A DNA stretch of 38,998 bases. It comes from Bdellovibrionales bacterium (GTDB taxonomy: Bacteria; Bdellovibrionota; Bdellovibrionia; Bdellovibrionales; JAGQZY01). The stretch lies in contig JANPLN010000063.1 in the NCBI GenBank assembly GCA_031426555.1, positions 1 to 38,998 on the forward strand, written 5' to 3'. The position numbers and the translations under genes are program-made. The notes beneath the pieces are model-generated. The model saw only the letters and a list, made by a program, of their open reading frames with translations, did not search any database and was not told where the DNA came from. Every line of letters starts with the position of its first letter. Position 1 is the first letter of the stretch. Shown here piece by piece: positions 24,458 through 34,232 of the stretch.

Positions 24458-26310
24458 GCGAGCACAAGTTTTTGATAGAATGTGTGCTTCCAGGTTTTGG
24501 GGTGAGCCAGCGACATGCGTTCAAGCTCGCCCCGGAACTGATCGGGTTTTGCTTTCGAAGCTAGTAACTTTTTAAAAACTTTTAGCGTTGAATCTTTTCT
24601 ATCGGCCTGCAGTTTTTCAAGGGCCAGGGCGAGACGCTCCTCTTCAGCAGTAAAGTCGCTGCCGAAGGGAAAGCGCTGAAACGCCTGTTGGCATTCATGC
24701 ATTTGCATTTTTTCCGCAATAAACAGCGGCGTATTGTTTTTAAACTCATCGGGCAGTTGGTAATTTTGATCTAGCTTATTTTGTTTTTTCGCCGTGTTAA
24801 TAAGCTCGGCTTGAAATTCGGAATCTGTGATCGCTAATAAGGCTTTCACGCACTCTTCATCGCTTTTTCCTTTAAGATCGGCCACTCCATACTCGGTGAT
24901 GACCATGTCGCGCAAGTGGCGCGGAATTGTAACGTGGCAGGGCTTCCATAAAATATTAGAAGTGCGTTTTCCATTGTGGTCAAAACGGTAGCTTCGCAGC
25001 ATCAAAATCGACCGGGAGTCCTTTAACTCGCTCGACATCGCCACGAAGTTGTACTGGCCTCCCACACCGCTCACCACGTGGCCATTGGGAAGGGTTTCGC
25101 TCATGGCATCGCCCAGCAAACTCATTTGCATCGTCGTATTATAAAATCGGGCTTGAACTCTTTGCCGTCGCAGCAAAGTTTCCTGGGGATCGTACAGATC
25201 GTTCACCTTACTCACGCGGGTCATACGCAGTCCTTGGGCCTCGAGTTCGGGCAGGGTGCGCAGCCAGTGATAAAAAGATTTTGAGCCTAAGTAAAAAGAA
25301 CCGTGGACGTAGGTTTTAGTTCCCGTGATTTCGTCCAGCACATGGCGTTTTAAAATTCCACACTGCCGCAAATGCATAAAGCCATCAGTGAGCATTTCCG
25401 TCAGACCATACAAACCTTTGGAAAATATATCCTGTTGAGAGTTTTTCACCGCGCGAAGGTGTTTGCAAATGGCCACGTACCGTGTGTTTTCTTGATGTCG
25501 CAGTCGTAGGGACGACACGATGGCATCGGAGAGTGAGCCAATCCCAATCTGCAGTGTTCCCTCGTCGCGCACCAATTGACTGGCATACAAACCAATCAAG
25601 TGATCTTCATTGGAGATGGGGATGCGCGGAAGGGCAAACAGCTCGTGGGACGTTTCGGCGGAATCCACGATGGCGGTAAAAAAATCAGCGGGAATTTCGG
25701 CCTCGCCCCCTAAAAAAGGCAGATCAGGGTGAATCACTCCCACAAGGCACAGTGGTTTGTTGGCTTGCTGGTAAATATCCACCACATCCAAAGTCATATC
25801 TGGATTGCAGCTTAAACTGTAACGAGTGTTCACCCCATCGCCTCTTTTTGCAATGAGCTGTACAATCACATTCACATCGGCGCGCAAAACATTTTCCGCG
25901 GCGTGGGTGTAGTTGACACTTTGGTAATTTCGTTGCAGATGACTTGATTTTAAAGCCGAACCCGCTTGCACATAAAATTCATGCACGGCGATGTTGTCGG
26001 GTAGGGTGTCGCGAATCGCAGCTTGTGAATATTTGAGGTGTGGATAGTTTTTGCCCAGATGTCTCAGTGCAAAGGGCTCGAAAAAGAATTTGGCAAGTTC
26101 CTCTTTAACGGAAGGCAAAGCTAAGGATAGCGCGGTGTAAATGCGCAGTTTGAGGCCTGTGTCTGCGCTCACCCGGTCGTAAAGGTGGTTGAGTAAAACG
26201 TTGGGTTTACCAAGACCGAGAGGGGAGGCAAGGCGCACGTCAGAACCCACCGATTTAAAAATAAAATCACAAGCGTCTGTGGAGTTTGAAAAATAAATCG
26301 GTGTCTTCAT
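24436..26310 (-). CDS. Acetyl-CoA hydrolase/transferase family protein
   Basis: PLGLGKPN, SLSCNPD, TLQIGIG, VVSGVGGQYNFV, ITEYGVADL. Confidence 0.9.
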   Translation of the reverse strand: MKTPIYFSNSTDACDFIFKSVGSDVRLASPLGLGKPNVLLNHLYDRVSADTGLKLRIYTALSLALPSVKEELAKFFFEPFALRHLGKNYPHLKYSQAAIRDTLPDNIAVHEFYVQAGSALKSSHLQRNYQSVNYTHAAENVLRADVNVIVQLIAKRGDGVNTRYSLSCNPDMTLDVVDIYQQANKPLCLVGVIHPDLPFLGGEAEIPADFFTAIVDSAETSHELFALPRIPISNEDHLIGLYASQLVRDEGTLQIGIGSLSDAIVSSLRLRHQENTRYVAICKHLRAVKNSQQDIFSKGLYGLTEMLTDGFMHLRQCGILKRHVLDEITGTKTYVHGSFYLGSKSFYHWLRTLPELEAQGLRMTRVSKVNDLYDPQETLLRRQRVQARFYNTTMQMSLLGDAMSETLPNGHVVSGVGGQYNFVAMSSELKDSRSILMLRSYRFDHNGKRTSNILWKPCHVTIPRHLRDMVITEYGVADLKGKSDEECVKALLAITDSEFQAELINTAKKQNKLDQNYQLPDEFKNNTPLFIAEKMQMHECQQAFQRFPFGSDFTAEEERLALALEKLQADRKDSTLKVFKKLLASKAKPDQFRGELERMSLAHPKTWKHTFYQKLVLAYLAESF

Positions 26311-26322
26311 AGCCTTACCAAA

Positions 26323-26862
26323 TTAGCGAGAATACAATCCTGTGATTTTCCCTTCGCTGATCTTAAGGGAGTTGATGTAATAACCCACCATAGCGCCGGG
26401 AGCTTCTTGATCCAGCGGAATTTTATCTTTCAGTGCAAACACCGTTACAATGTAATGGTGAGGGGCACTTTTTTGCGGAGGACAAGGGCCACCGTAACCG
26501 GGTTTCCCAAAATCAGTGCGGGCTTCGATACTGTCTTTTGGCATTTTTTTAGCATCGCCACTCGCACCTTCGGCCAATTCTGTCACCGTGCTTGGAATGT
26601 TCAAGACAGTCCAATGCCACCAGCCACTACCTGTAGGAGCATCTGGATCATAAATGGTCACTGCGTAGTACTTAGTTCCCTCGGGCCCTTTGCTCCACTT
26701 CACTTGCGGCGATTTGTTTTCGCCGCTGCAACCAAAACTGTTAAAAACGTATTTGTTTTGAATGGTTTCATTATTTTTAAATGAGGTGCTTGTCACTTTG
26801 AGGTCGGCCGCCTGGACGTTGGCTGCAAAAACTAAAGCTATAGTAAAGATGATTGTTCTCAT
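26323..26862 (-). CDS. YbhB/YbcL family (PEBP-like) periplasmic protein
   Basis: DPDAPTGSGWWHW, GYGGPCPP, HHY. Signal peptide from MRTIIF. Confidence 0.95.
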   Translation of the reverse strand: MRTIIFTIALVFAANVQAADLKVTSTSFKNNETIQNKYVFNSFGCSGENKSPQVKWSKGPEGTKYYAVTIYDPDAPTGSGWWHWTVLNIPSTVTELAEGASGDAKKMPKDSIEARTDFGKPGYGGPCPPQKSAPHHYIVTVFALKDKIPLDQEAPGAMVGYYINSLKISEGKITGLYSR

Positions 26863-26899
26863 TGAGGCTCCATTGTTGTTCATTAAAAGTGAGTTTTTA

Positions 26900-27943
26900 T
26901 CAAAGCGTTTTCATGTCGATCACAAAACGGTACTTCACATCACCTTTAATGGTGCGTTCGTAGGCTTCGTTAATTTTATTTGCACTTATTAATTCGATAT
27001 CCGAAAAAACTTTCTTTTTGGCGCAGAAGTCCAGCATCTCTTGCGTTTCTTTGATGCCACCAATCAACGAACCGGTGATGCTCTTGCGACCAAAAATAAT
27101 CGCCATGGCAGAAATTTGGTTTGGCTCTGGAGCTGCGCCCACAAGCACCATGGTGCCACCAATTTTTAGAGCGCCCATGTACGGCGAAAACTCGTGATTT
27201 GCAGACACAGTGTTGATGATAAGATCCAACTTTCCTGCAACGGCTTCGAAATTTTTTGGATCCTTCGAAACTACGAAATGCTTGGCACCCAGTTTCTTTG
27301 CATCTTCTTGCTTATTTGGAGACGTGCTAAATACCGTGACTTCGCCCCCCATGGCTTTGGCAATTTTCACAGCCATATGGCCCAGGCCACCTAGTCCTAC
27401 CACTCCGACCTTTGTTCCTTTTTTAACTTTGAAACGTTTGAGTGGAGAGTAGGTAGTGATCCCTGCACATAAAAGCGGTGCCACGCGATCCAGCTGTAAA
27501 CCTTTTTTAATTTTAAGCGTATATTTATCTTTCACCGTGATGTGCGAAGAATATCCACCAAGAGTCGGAGTTTTACCATCTTGCTCAGTGCTGTTGTAGG
27601 TAAACGACGGGAATTTGCGGCAGAACTGTTGTTCGTTGGCTTTGCAACAATCGCACTTTCCACAGGAATCCACAAAGCAACCCACGCCGGCAAGATCGCC
27701 CACCTTAAAGCGTTTCACTTTTTTGCCAGTTGCAATCACGCGACCCACGATTTCGTGGCCTGGGACACAGGGATAAGCGGCCGGCCCCCACTCACCGCGA
27801 GCCGTATGAATGTCGGAGTGGCAGATGCCGCAGTAATCGATGGCGATCACCACATCGTCAGCTTTTGGTGACCGACGTTCAATTTCGAAGGGTTGAAGGG
27901 GGGAGGTGGCAGAGTGATTGGCGTAAGCTTTGGCTTTGATCAT
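26900..27943 (-). CDS. Zn-dependent NAD(P) alcohol dehydrogenase (cinnamyl-ADH family)
   Basis: CGICHSD, PGHEIVG, structural Cys cluster, GLGGLG, YRFVID. GAGG SD before MIKAK. Confidence 0.95.
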   Translation of the reverse strand: MIKAKAYANHSATSPLQPFEIERRSPKADDVVIAIDYCGICHSDIHTARGEWGPAAYPCVPGHEIVGRVIATGKKVKRFKVGDLAGVGCFVDSCGKCDCCKANEQQFCRKFPSFTYNSTEQDGKTPTLGGYSSHITVKDKYTLKIKKGLQLDRVAPLLCAGITTYSPLKRFKVKKGTKVGVVGLGGLGHMAVKIAKAMGGEVTVFSTSPNKQEDAKKLGAKHFVVSKDPKNFEAVAGKLDLIINTVSANHEFSPYMGALKIGGTMVLVGAAPEPNQISAMAIIFGRKSITGSLIGGIKETQEMLDFCAKKKVFSDIELISANKINEAYERTIKGDVKYRFVIDMKTL

Positions 27944-28022
27944 GAAGAACCTCATTTGTGGATGTTAAGGCACTATACTTTGTTTGTTTCAACATTACTA
28001 GCTTCGATACAGTGATTCAAAA

Positions 28023-28535
28023 TCAAATCTGATTTTGATTCCAGTCACGCACCCACTGCGGAGTTTCCACCGGAGGTGGCGTCATTTGCATCGCCGTGAA
28101 AAATTCTTGGGGCGATACCGAGCCACCCGACTTTTTTAAAAATCGAGCACGCACCACCGCATCGGCAATAAAAACCTCTTTACGGAAAAATTTTTGCTCC
28201 AGAAGAAATGCTTTTTCATCCCAGCCCACAATTTTTGTTTCAATGGTAAACGCGTCAAACAGCTCCAGGGATTTACGAAAGCGAATGGTTTCGGCCACGA
28301 CAACCGGGTACCAGTTTTGCGCGGCAATTTTTTTTGTAAGCCCCGCGCGGTTCATTAAATCGACGCGAGCTAAATCCATCAACGACAGGTAAACGCCGTT
28401 GTTCATGTGTCTGAGAACATCAAGGTCGGTGGGCAAACAACGAAAAGGAGTGGTACACGGGCCCATGATCGAGACTGGAGAGCGAAAGCGGGCAGCTAAA
28501 ATGGTCCAAAGTAGACGAAAAAAAAGATTCATCAT
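28023..28535 (-). CDS. Acyl-CoA thioesterase (hot-dog fold)
   Basis: PTDLDVLRHMNNGVYLSLMDLAR. Confidence 0.92.
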   Translation of the reverse strand: MMNLFFRLLWTILAARFRSPVSIMGPCTTPFRCLPTDLDVLRHMNNGVYLSLMDLARVDLMNRAGLTKKIAAQNWYPVVVAETIRFRKSLELFDAFTIETKIVGWDEKAFLLEQKFFRKEVFIADAVVRARFLKKSGGSVSPQEFFTAMQMTPPPVETPQWVRDWNQNQI

Positions 28536-28541
28536 CTATTC

Positions 28542-28889
28542 CTAGTAAATGTTAGGTTTGAATTTCCAAATATAATTTTTCACCCAGCGCGGCGACATCA
28601 AACTCACCACGCGGGCCGTTCGTTTCACTCGCAAAAAACTTTTCATGGACCACGGGTAATGGCTCAACAAAATTTCGCTATCGAGATGATTAAAGAAGTA
28701 ATCCAGAACGATGGCCATCAAAACCAAATCATCCATGACACCAATGATCGGGATCCAGTCGGGGATCAGATCCACCGGCGAAACGATCAAAGCGATCATG
28801 GTCAAAAGTATTTTCTTGTCAGACTCTGGAATACGCGGGTCGTTGGCCACATTTTTTACAAACTGTAAAAGCTCTTTGAGATACTTCAT
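28542..28889 (-). CDS. YkvA/DUF1232 family protein
   Basis: SPVDLIPDWIPIIGVMDD. Start moved to MKYLKE. Confidence 0.9.
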   Translation of the reverse strand: MKYLKELLQFVKNVANDPRIPESDKKILLTMIALIVSPVDLIPDWIPIIGVMDDLVLMAIVLDYFFNHLDSEILLSHYPWSMKSFLRVKRTARVVSLMSPRWVKNYIWKFKPNIY

Positions 28890-29000
28890 AGGCCCACAGC
28901 ATAATAGGTGGGAGCCTATGAGTCTACGGTTGATTAGGTCGAATTTGATTTGTGACAATCAAAATTGACTGATCTCGCAAGATCGAGCTATAAAGGCACC

Positions 29001-30242
29001 ATGTCAAAAAAGAAAAACACCCCCGATTTATTCAATGATCCTGTTGATAACAGCTCACAAAATTTTGCCGACCTGTTCGAAAGTTCCATGGCGAATGTGA
29101 CCAAAACCTTGCGCGTGGGCGACACGTTTAAAGCCGAAATTTTAAGTATCGGTAAAAGCGAAGCTTTCGTTTCTACCGGGACAACCTTGGACGCGATTTT
29201 GTACAACACAGATATTTTAGATGTTAACAAAATCTTAAAATACAAAGTGGGCGATGTGATCGACGTAGTTGTGGTGCGCGCCAACAGCAACGAAATCCGC
29301 GTGACCCGCAAAGGCTCAAAATCAGCTCCGGTGGATTTTGACAGTCTGGAAGACGCCTTTGATATGGAATTGCCGGTGGAGGGCAAAGTGACCGAAGCCG
29401 TCAACGGTGGCTACCGGGTAAGTGTGCAAGGGCAATCGGCGTTTTGCCCCATCAGTCAGCTCGGTGTTCCCTTTGGACAAGATGCCACTGCTTTTATTGG
29501 TAAAAAGTTTGATTTTCTCATCACGCAATTTGATGCTCGCAAAAAAGACATGGTGGTATCGCGCCGCAAATTACTGAACTTGCAAAAAGCCGAAATGGAA
29601 GGCGAATGGATCGAAAATAACAAAGTGGGCGAAATCGTCTCGGGCACCGTAACGCGCGTGGAACAGTACGGCGCCTTTGTTGATATTGGCAATGGGGTGG
29701 AAGGCCTGGTGCATGTGTCAGAAGTGGGTTTTGTAAGACTCAAACACGCCTCTGAGGGGGCAAGCGTTGGCAACACCGTGCAGGTAAAAATTCTAAAAAT
29801 CGAAGAAGAAGACAGCCGCCTTAAGATTGCACTTTCGATGAAACAAGCTGGCGGCGTCACCGACCCATGGAATCAAATTCCAATGCAATACCCCGTGGGT
29901 GCTGTGCTCGATGGCATCGTCGATAAGAAAGAAGCCTATGGAGTCTTCGTGGTGATCATTCCTGGTATTAACGGGTTGTTGCCGAAATCCAAATGGCGCG
30001 ACTCAGAGGATGCAAAAACCTACGAGGCTCTAAAAAAAGGCGACGCTGTCAAAGTGCGGGTGGATGAAATTAAGTTTGAAGAGCGAAAAATTTCGTTGGG
30101 CTTACCGACAGCTGATGAAGACAGCTCGTGGAAGCAGCACACGGCTCAACAAACCTCGGGACTGATGGGCGGATCTTTTGCTGCAGCGTTTGCGAAAGCC
30201 AACGACAAAAAGCAAGAAAAAACCACTCCCAAGCGCTCTTAA
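29001..30242 (+). CDS. RpsA-like protein with four S1 domains
   Basis: N-terminal FADLFE helix, S1 repeats AFCPISQ, YGAFVDIG..EGLVHVSE, YGVFV..GINGLLP. Confidence 0.85.
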   Translation: MSKKKNTPDLFNDPVDNSSQNFADLFESSMANVTKTLRVGDTFKAEILSIGKSEAFVSTGTTLDAILYNTDILDVNKILKYKVGDVIDVVVVRANSNEIRVTRKGSKSAPVDFDSLEDAFDMELPVEGKVTEAVNGGYRVSVQGQSAFCPISQLGVPFGQDATAFIGKKFDFLITQFDARKKDMVVSRRKLLNLQKAEMEGEWIENNKVGEIVSGTVTRVEQYGAFVDIGNGVEGLVHVSEVGFVRLKHASEGASVGNTVQVKILKIEEEDSRLKIALSMKQAGGVTDPWNQIPMQYPVGAVLDGIVDKKEAYGVFVVIIPGINGLLPKSKWRDSEDAKTYEALKKGDAVKVRVDEIKFEERKISLGLPTADEDSSWKQHTAQQTSGLMGGSFAAAFAKANDKKQEKTTPKRS

Positions 30243-30246
30243 CTCA

Positions 30247-30729
30247 ATGGACAAGCAAATCCTTCTCGATACTTTATTGGCCGAGCTCAAGGCCAATTTA
30301 GAGTCATTGGTGCACGCCGCCTTTGTCGCCAAAGAGGCTGCCACCAGCGAAGAGTCCAAAGCCGAGAACAAGTACGATACGCGCGGCCTCGAGGCCTCGT
30401 ACTTAGCTGTTGCCCAAGCAAAACGCGCCGAAGATCTTAAAGAGAGTATTTACAAAATTCAAAAACTTTCACTTCGAAGTTTTGCTGCCAACGATGCGGT
30501 GGGTGTAACTGCCGTTATAAAAGTAGTGATCAATGAAGCGACGGAAAAAATATTTTTTCTTCTGCCCTCAGCCGGTGGACAAAAAATTGCGCTGGCGGGC
30601 GCCACCTATCACGTCATCACTCCGGAATCGCCGGTGGGAAGCGTGCTCGTGGGTAAAAAACTCAACGATGCCTTTCAAGTTAAAATGAATCAAAAAACTT
30701 TTGAATATGAGCTTGTAGAACTTTTTTAA
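30247..30729 (+). CDS. GreA/GreB family protein
   Basis: KAENKYDTRGLEASYLA, VITPESPVG. Start at MDKQILL. Confidence 0.88.
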   Translation: MDKQILLDTLLAELKANLESLVHAAFVAKEAATSEESKAENKYDTRGLEASYLAVAQAKRAEDLKESIYKIQKLSLRSFAANDAVGVTAVIKVVINEATEKIFFLLPSAGGQKIALAGATYHVITPESPVGSVLVGKKLNDAFQVKMNQKTFEYELVELF

Positions 30730-30747
30730 GAATGTTGTAATTCGGCA

Positions 30748-31671
30748 ATGCAAGACGCTCTCCTTGTCGCAAAAGATGTTAAAAAATCCTACGGAACTTT
30801 TGCAGCCGTTCGCGGTGTTTCCTTCGAAATAAAAAAAGGCGAATGTTTTGGTTTGCTCGGGCCAAATGGTGCTGGCAAATCCACTCTCATCGGCATGATC
30901 TACGGCACTCACAAACGCGACTCCGGCACCATGACTGTATTTGGCCTGGATCCTGATCGCCAAGCTCGGGAGATCAAGCGCAAACTCGGTGTGGTGACTC
31001 AGCAAAACGCGCTCGACGAGGGTTTAACGGTTCGCGAAAACATGGAGCTCTATGCAAGTTTTGTAGCAGTGCCAAAAACGCAGCGCCGACAGCGCATTCG
31101 CGAACTGTTAGAATTCATGAGCATCGAGCAAAAAGAAGACGCCTCCATCCGCACCCTGTCGGGGGGAATGATGCGACGTTTGGTTTTTGTTCGTGCGCTT
31201 TTGGCCAACCCCGAACTTTTGATTTTGGTCGAGCCCACCACAGGGTTAGATCCCGCGGTTCGACATTTGATTTGGGGTAAAGTGAATCAACTCAAAGCTG
31301 AGGGAAAAACCACGTTGCTAACGACCCATTATATTCACGAGGCGGAGATGCTGTGCGATCGTTTAGTGATTATGAACAAAGGCGAAATGATCAGCGAAGG
31401 CACTCCAAAGGCGTTGCGCGAGCGCTATGCACCCGGCTACGTGGCGGTTTTTGAACCCACGGCACCCAGTGCAAAACTTCACGAGATGGCCGCTAAGATG
31501 AATTGCAATATAAGCCAAAACACCTCGGGCATTTATATACGAACTCTGCAGTTTGCCGACCTCCTCGAATTTCAAAAACAGGTAAGTGTGAGTGCTTTAC
31601 AAATGCGTCCTTCAAATTTGGAAGATGTTTTTTTAAAACTGACGGGGAGCGATTTGAACATCAATGATTGA
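30748..31671 (+). CDS. ABC transporter ATP-binding protein, NodI-like (Walker B altered)
   Basis: GPNGAGKS, LSGGM, LLILVEPTTGLD, TTHY. Confidence 0.9.
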   Translation: MQDALLVAKDVKKSYGTFAAVRGVSFEIKKGECFGLLGPNGAGKSTLIGMIYGTHKRDSGTMTVFGLDPDRQAREIKRKLGVVTQQNALDEGLTVRENMELYASFVAVPKTQRRQRIRELLEFMSIEQKEDASIRTLSGGMMRRLVFVRALLANPELLILVEPTTGLDPAVRHLIWGKVNQLKAEGKTTLLTTHYIHEAEMLCDRLVIMNKGEMISEGTPKALRERYAPGYVAVFEPTAPSAKLHEMAAKMNCNISQNTSGIYIRTLQFADLLEFQKQVSVSALQMRPSNLEDVFLKLTGSDLNIND

Positions 31672-32434
31672 AACACTCCGGCTTAGCTTACAAATTGTAA
31701 AACGCAACTGGTGGGTCTACCGCAAAGACTTTATCGCCAATATTTCGCCCACCATTGCCGATCCCGCCTTTGTGATGATTTCATTGGGGGCGGGTTTGGG
31801 CTCCTACGTGCAACAGGTTGATGGCATGACTTACGCCGCCTACATCGCACCGGGCTTAGCCATATCCACAGCCATGTTCACCTCGTTTTTCGAAACCAGT
31901 TACGGCTTTTACGTGCGGATGACTTACGAAAATATTTACAAGGCAATGCTCACCACGCCGATCAACGCGCGCGAAGTGATCGTTGGCGAGTTTTTATGGG
32001 TGAGTGCAAAATGTGCGGTGATGGCCACTTCTGTGACTTTAGTTTTGCTACTGTTCGGTTTGTTTACAAATCCGCTCAACCTCTTGATGATTCCCTTTGT
32101 TGGCATTCTGATTGGTCTGCCTTTGGGAGCTATGGGATTGCTCTCCACTGCCTACGTTAAAAACATCAACCAATTTCAAACCGTGTATGCGTTTATCATC
32201 TCGCCCCTTTATTTTTTCTCGGGTATTTTCTTTCCCATCACACAAATGCCCGAATATCTCGAGTGGGTGGCTAAAAGTTTACCCCTGTATCACGGAGTTG
32301 TTATTTGTCAGGCACTTTACTGGGACAAAGATATTTTAAGCGCCTGGCTAACCAACGGCACGGTGCTTGTAGGTTATAGTCTGGTGTTCGTTCTCATCGC
32401 CTCCGCAAAAATCAAAAAGAATCTGCAAAATTAG
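31664..32434 (+). CDS. ABC-2 type permease, NodJ-like
   Basis: YIAPGL, MLTTPI, FFSGIFFPI, LPLYH. About six TM segments. Overlaps the ATPase gene. Confidence 0.9.
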   Translation: MIETLRLSLQIVKRNWWVYRKDFIANISPTIADPAFVMISLGAGLGSYVQQVDGMTYAAYIAPGLAISTAMFTSFFETSYGFYVRMTYENIYKAMLTTPINAREVIVGEFLWVSAKCAVMATSVTLVLLLFGLFTNPLNLLMIPFVGILIGLPLGAMGLLSTAYVKNINQFQTVYAFIISPLYFFSGIFFPITQMPEYLEWVAKSLPLYHGVVICQALYWDKDILSAWLTNGTVLVGYSLVFVLIASAKIKKNLQN

Positions 32435-32451
32435 ATTTCCCATTATTCTTC

Positions 32452-33333
32452 TTAAGCGTCAGTGAGAGCTGGTTTTAAAACCTCACGGCACCATTGTTCA
32501 AGAGATGTGGGAGACGAAGTTTGTGGGCTTCGAGGCACTTTATTAAAAACACCATTTTTCATAGAAGAATAAATATCTAACAAACCTTGAGCGGCAGCAT
32601 CTGTTGCACCAAACTGAAGCAAGGTCGCTTTTAATGTTTCGTCAGCGACTTGCTGATAAACGATTTCTTTTTCAAACACATCACTCATGATTTTTGCGAT
32701 GTCTCCATAGGACAGATCTTCCGGACCCAAAACGCCAGCGGCACCTGTTCCAGTCCATGTTTTATCAATTAACAGTCGAACTGCGGCATCTGCGATATCT
32801 TTGGTTGCAACCCAAGGACATTTTGTATCGGAAGGAACGGTGGTCGAAAATAGACTTTTAAATCGAAGAGACGGAACTGAGTGTAGTAAGTTCTCCATAA
32901 ATGTTCCGCAGTGCAAAACTCTGACCGCCGCACCGGTATCTTCGAGCATTTTTTCCACAAGATACGAGGCTGATACAGGACCCGCTTTTTTTTCATGACC
33001 CAAGCCGGTTCCAGATATGTAAACCACACGCTTCACTTTTTGTTGCTGAACGGCTTGGCATGTAATTTTACCAAACTTCAAGTAGTACTCGTTAACGTCT
33101 GAGTATTGCATGCTAGGGGGAACAACAAAAAATAAGTCATCAGCACCTTCGTAAGCTTTTGCAACACTTTTGATATCCTCAAGTGATCCTTGAATGACTT
33201 CTATTTTTTCTTTCTCGACATCAGGAATTTTCGAGGGATTGCGAGCAATCACTCGAACTTTTGAATCCGTGGCGACCAGTTTTTTTAAAACTTGGCTGCC
33301 AATGTGTCCTGTGGGAGTTGTGATAACAATCAT
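32452..33333 (-). CDS. NmrA-like NAD(P)H-binding protein
   Basis: ITTPTGHIGS, FMEN, VATKDIAD, LGPEDLS. Confidence 0.9.
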   Translation of the reverse strand: MIVITTPTGHIGSQVLKKLVATDSKVRVIARNPSKIPDVEKEKIEVIQGSLEDIKSVAKAYEGADDLFFVVPPSMQYSDVNEYYLKFGKITCQAVQQQKVKRVVYISGTGLGHEKKAGPVSASYLVEKMLEDTGAAVRVLHCGTFMENLLHSVPSLRFKSLFSTTVPSDTKCPWVATKDIADAAVRLLIDKTWTGTGAAGVLGPEDLSYGDIAKIMSDVFEKEIVYQQVADETLKATLLQFGATDAAAQGLLDIYSSMKNGVFNKVPRSPQTSSPTSLEQWCREVLKPALTDA

Positions 33334-33347
33334 TTTATTTTCCTTTA

Positions 33348-34232
33348 TTAAATTGAGTTGGAGCGCAAGTAATTCAGCCCACCTTTAATGGCGGCGATCT
33401 GAGCTTCGATGCAAATGGTGTCAGTGACTTTTGGGCTATCGGGATAAACTTCGGTGGTGGTTTTGTATTGGGCGTCCGAAAATCCTGCGCACAGAAAGAG
33501 TTTTTTCACGTCGTAGTTAATAACCCCAGCTTGTTCAATTTCAACGCCGATGATTTTTTTCTGTTCGTCGTGGGGCGCGATATGGGTCACCGTTTTGACT
33601 TTATCAATGATAGCTTTTTGAAATCCTGGTTGTGGATTTTCCGAATCACCAACCAAATAAAACCCATCGGGAATTTCCCAAAGCTCCTGCTGGATGCCGT
33701 CTCGTTGCTCAAGGGCTGGGCGAAACACGGAGTTATCGGTGTCGGTGGTTTCGTGCAGATCAAAGTGCGCCACAGGTTTTATGTTTAAAGCGGCCATGGC
33801 CTTCAAAAAAAGTTTGCACTCCTCGGCAGGACTGTCGGCAACAAACGACCGATTGGGATCAATGGCCTGTGCATTCCAGCGGTTGACGGTCTCATAGGCC
33901 CAGGGGCTTATGCACGGCGCACACACAAAGTTAAACACATCTAGATAGGCGCCCGCCGCTTTTTCAAAAAAGCCCAAGGCACCCTGCACGCCACTGGTCT
34001 CATAGCCGTGCACGCCGCCCGTGATAACGATAGTCTTTTTGTGCGCCTCAAAATTTTTCGACTGCAGCAAAAATAGCGGGTAGCGCTCAGGATTTTGCGA
34101 CAGCGCCCCATAGGAGGTGATGTCGAATTTGCCGCTAAAGTTTTTGATTTTAACTACTACGTCATCGCGGTAGGAGCGCTTTACAGTTTGTTGTTGCAGC
34201 CATTGCTCTTTTTCAAGTTGTCCCCAAGCCAT
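33348..34232 (-). CDS. M14-family metallocarboxypeptidase (succinylglutamate desuccinylase-like)
   Basis: GGVHGYE, NRWN, DPNRSF, DLHET, TTEVYPDS. AGGAG SD before MAWGQL. Confidence 0.92.
   Translation of the reverse strand: MAWGQLEKEQWLQQQTVKRSYRDDVVVKIKNFSGKFDITSYGALSQNPERYPLFLLQSKNFEAHKKTIVITGGVHGYETSGVQGALGFFEKAAGAYLDVFNFVCAPCISPWAYETVNRWNAQAIDPNRSFVADSPAEECKLFLKAMAALNIKPVAHFDLHETTDTDNSVFRPALEQRDGIQQELWEIPDGFYLVGDSENPQPGFQKAIIDKVKTVTHIAPHDEQKKIIGVEIEQAGVINYDVKKLFLCAGFSDAQYKTTTEVYPDSPKVTDTICIEAQIAAIKGGLNYLRSNSI

Noticed and set aside
30748..32434. Nod-factor export function
   Set aside because: No nodABC genes. NodIJ-like ABC-2 exporters are widespread, so the substrate cannot be assigned.
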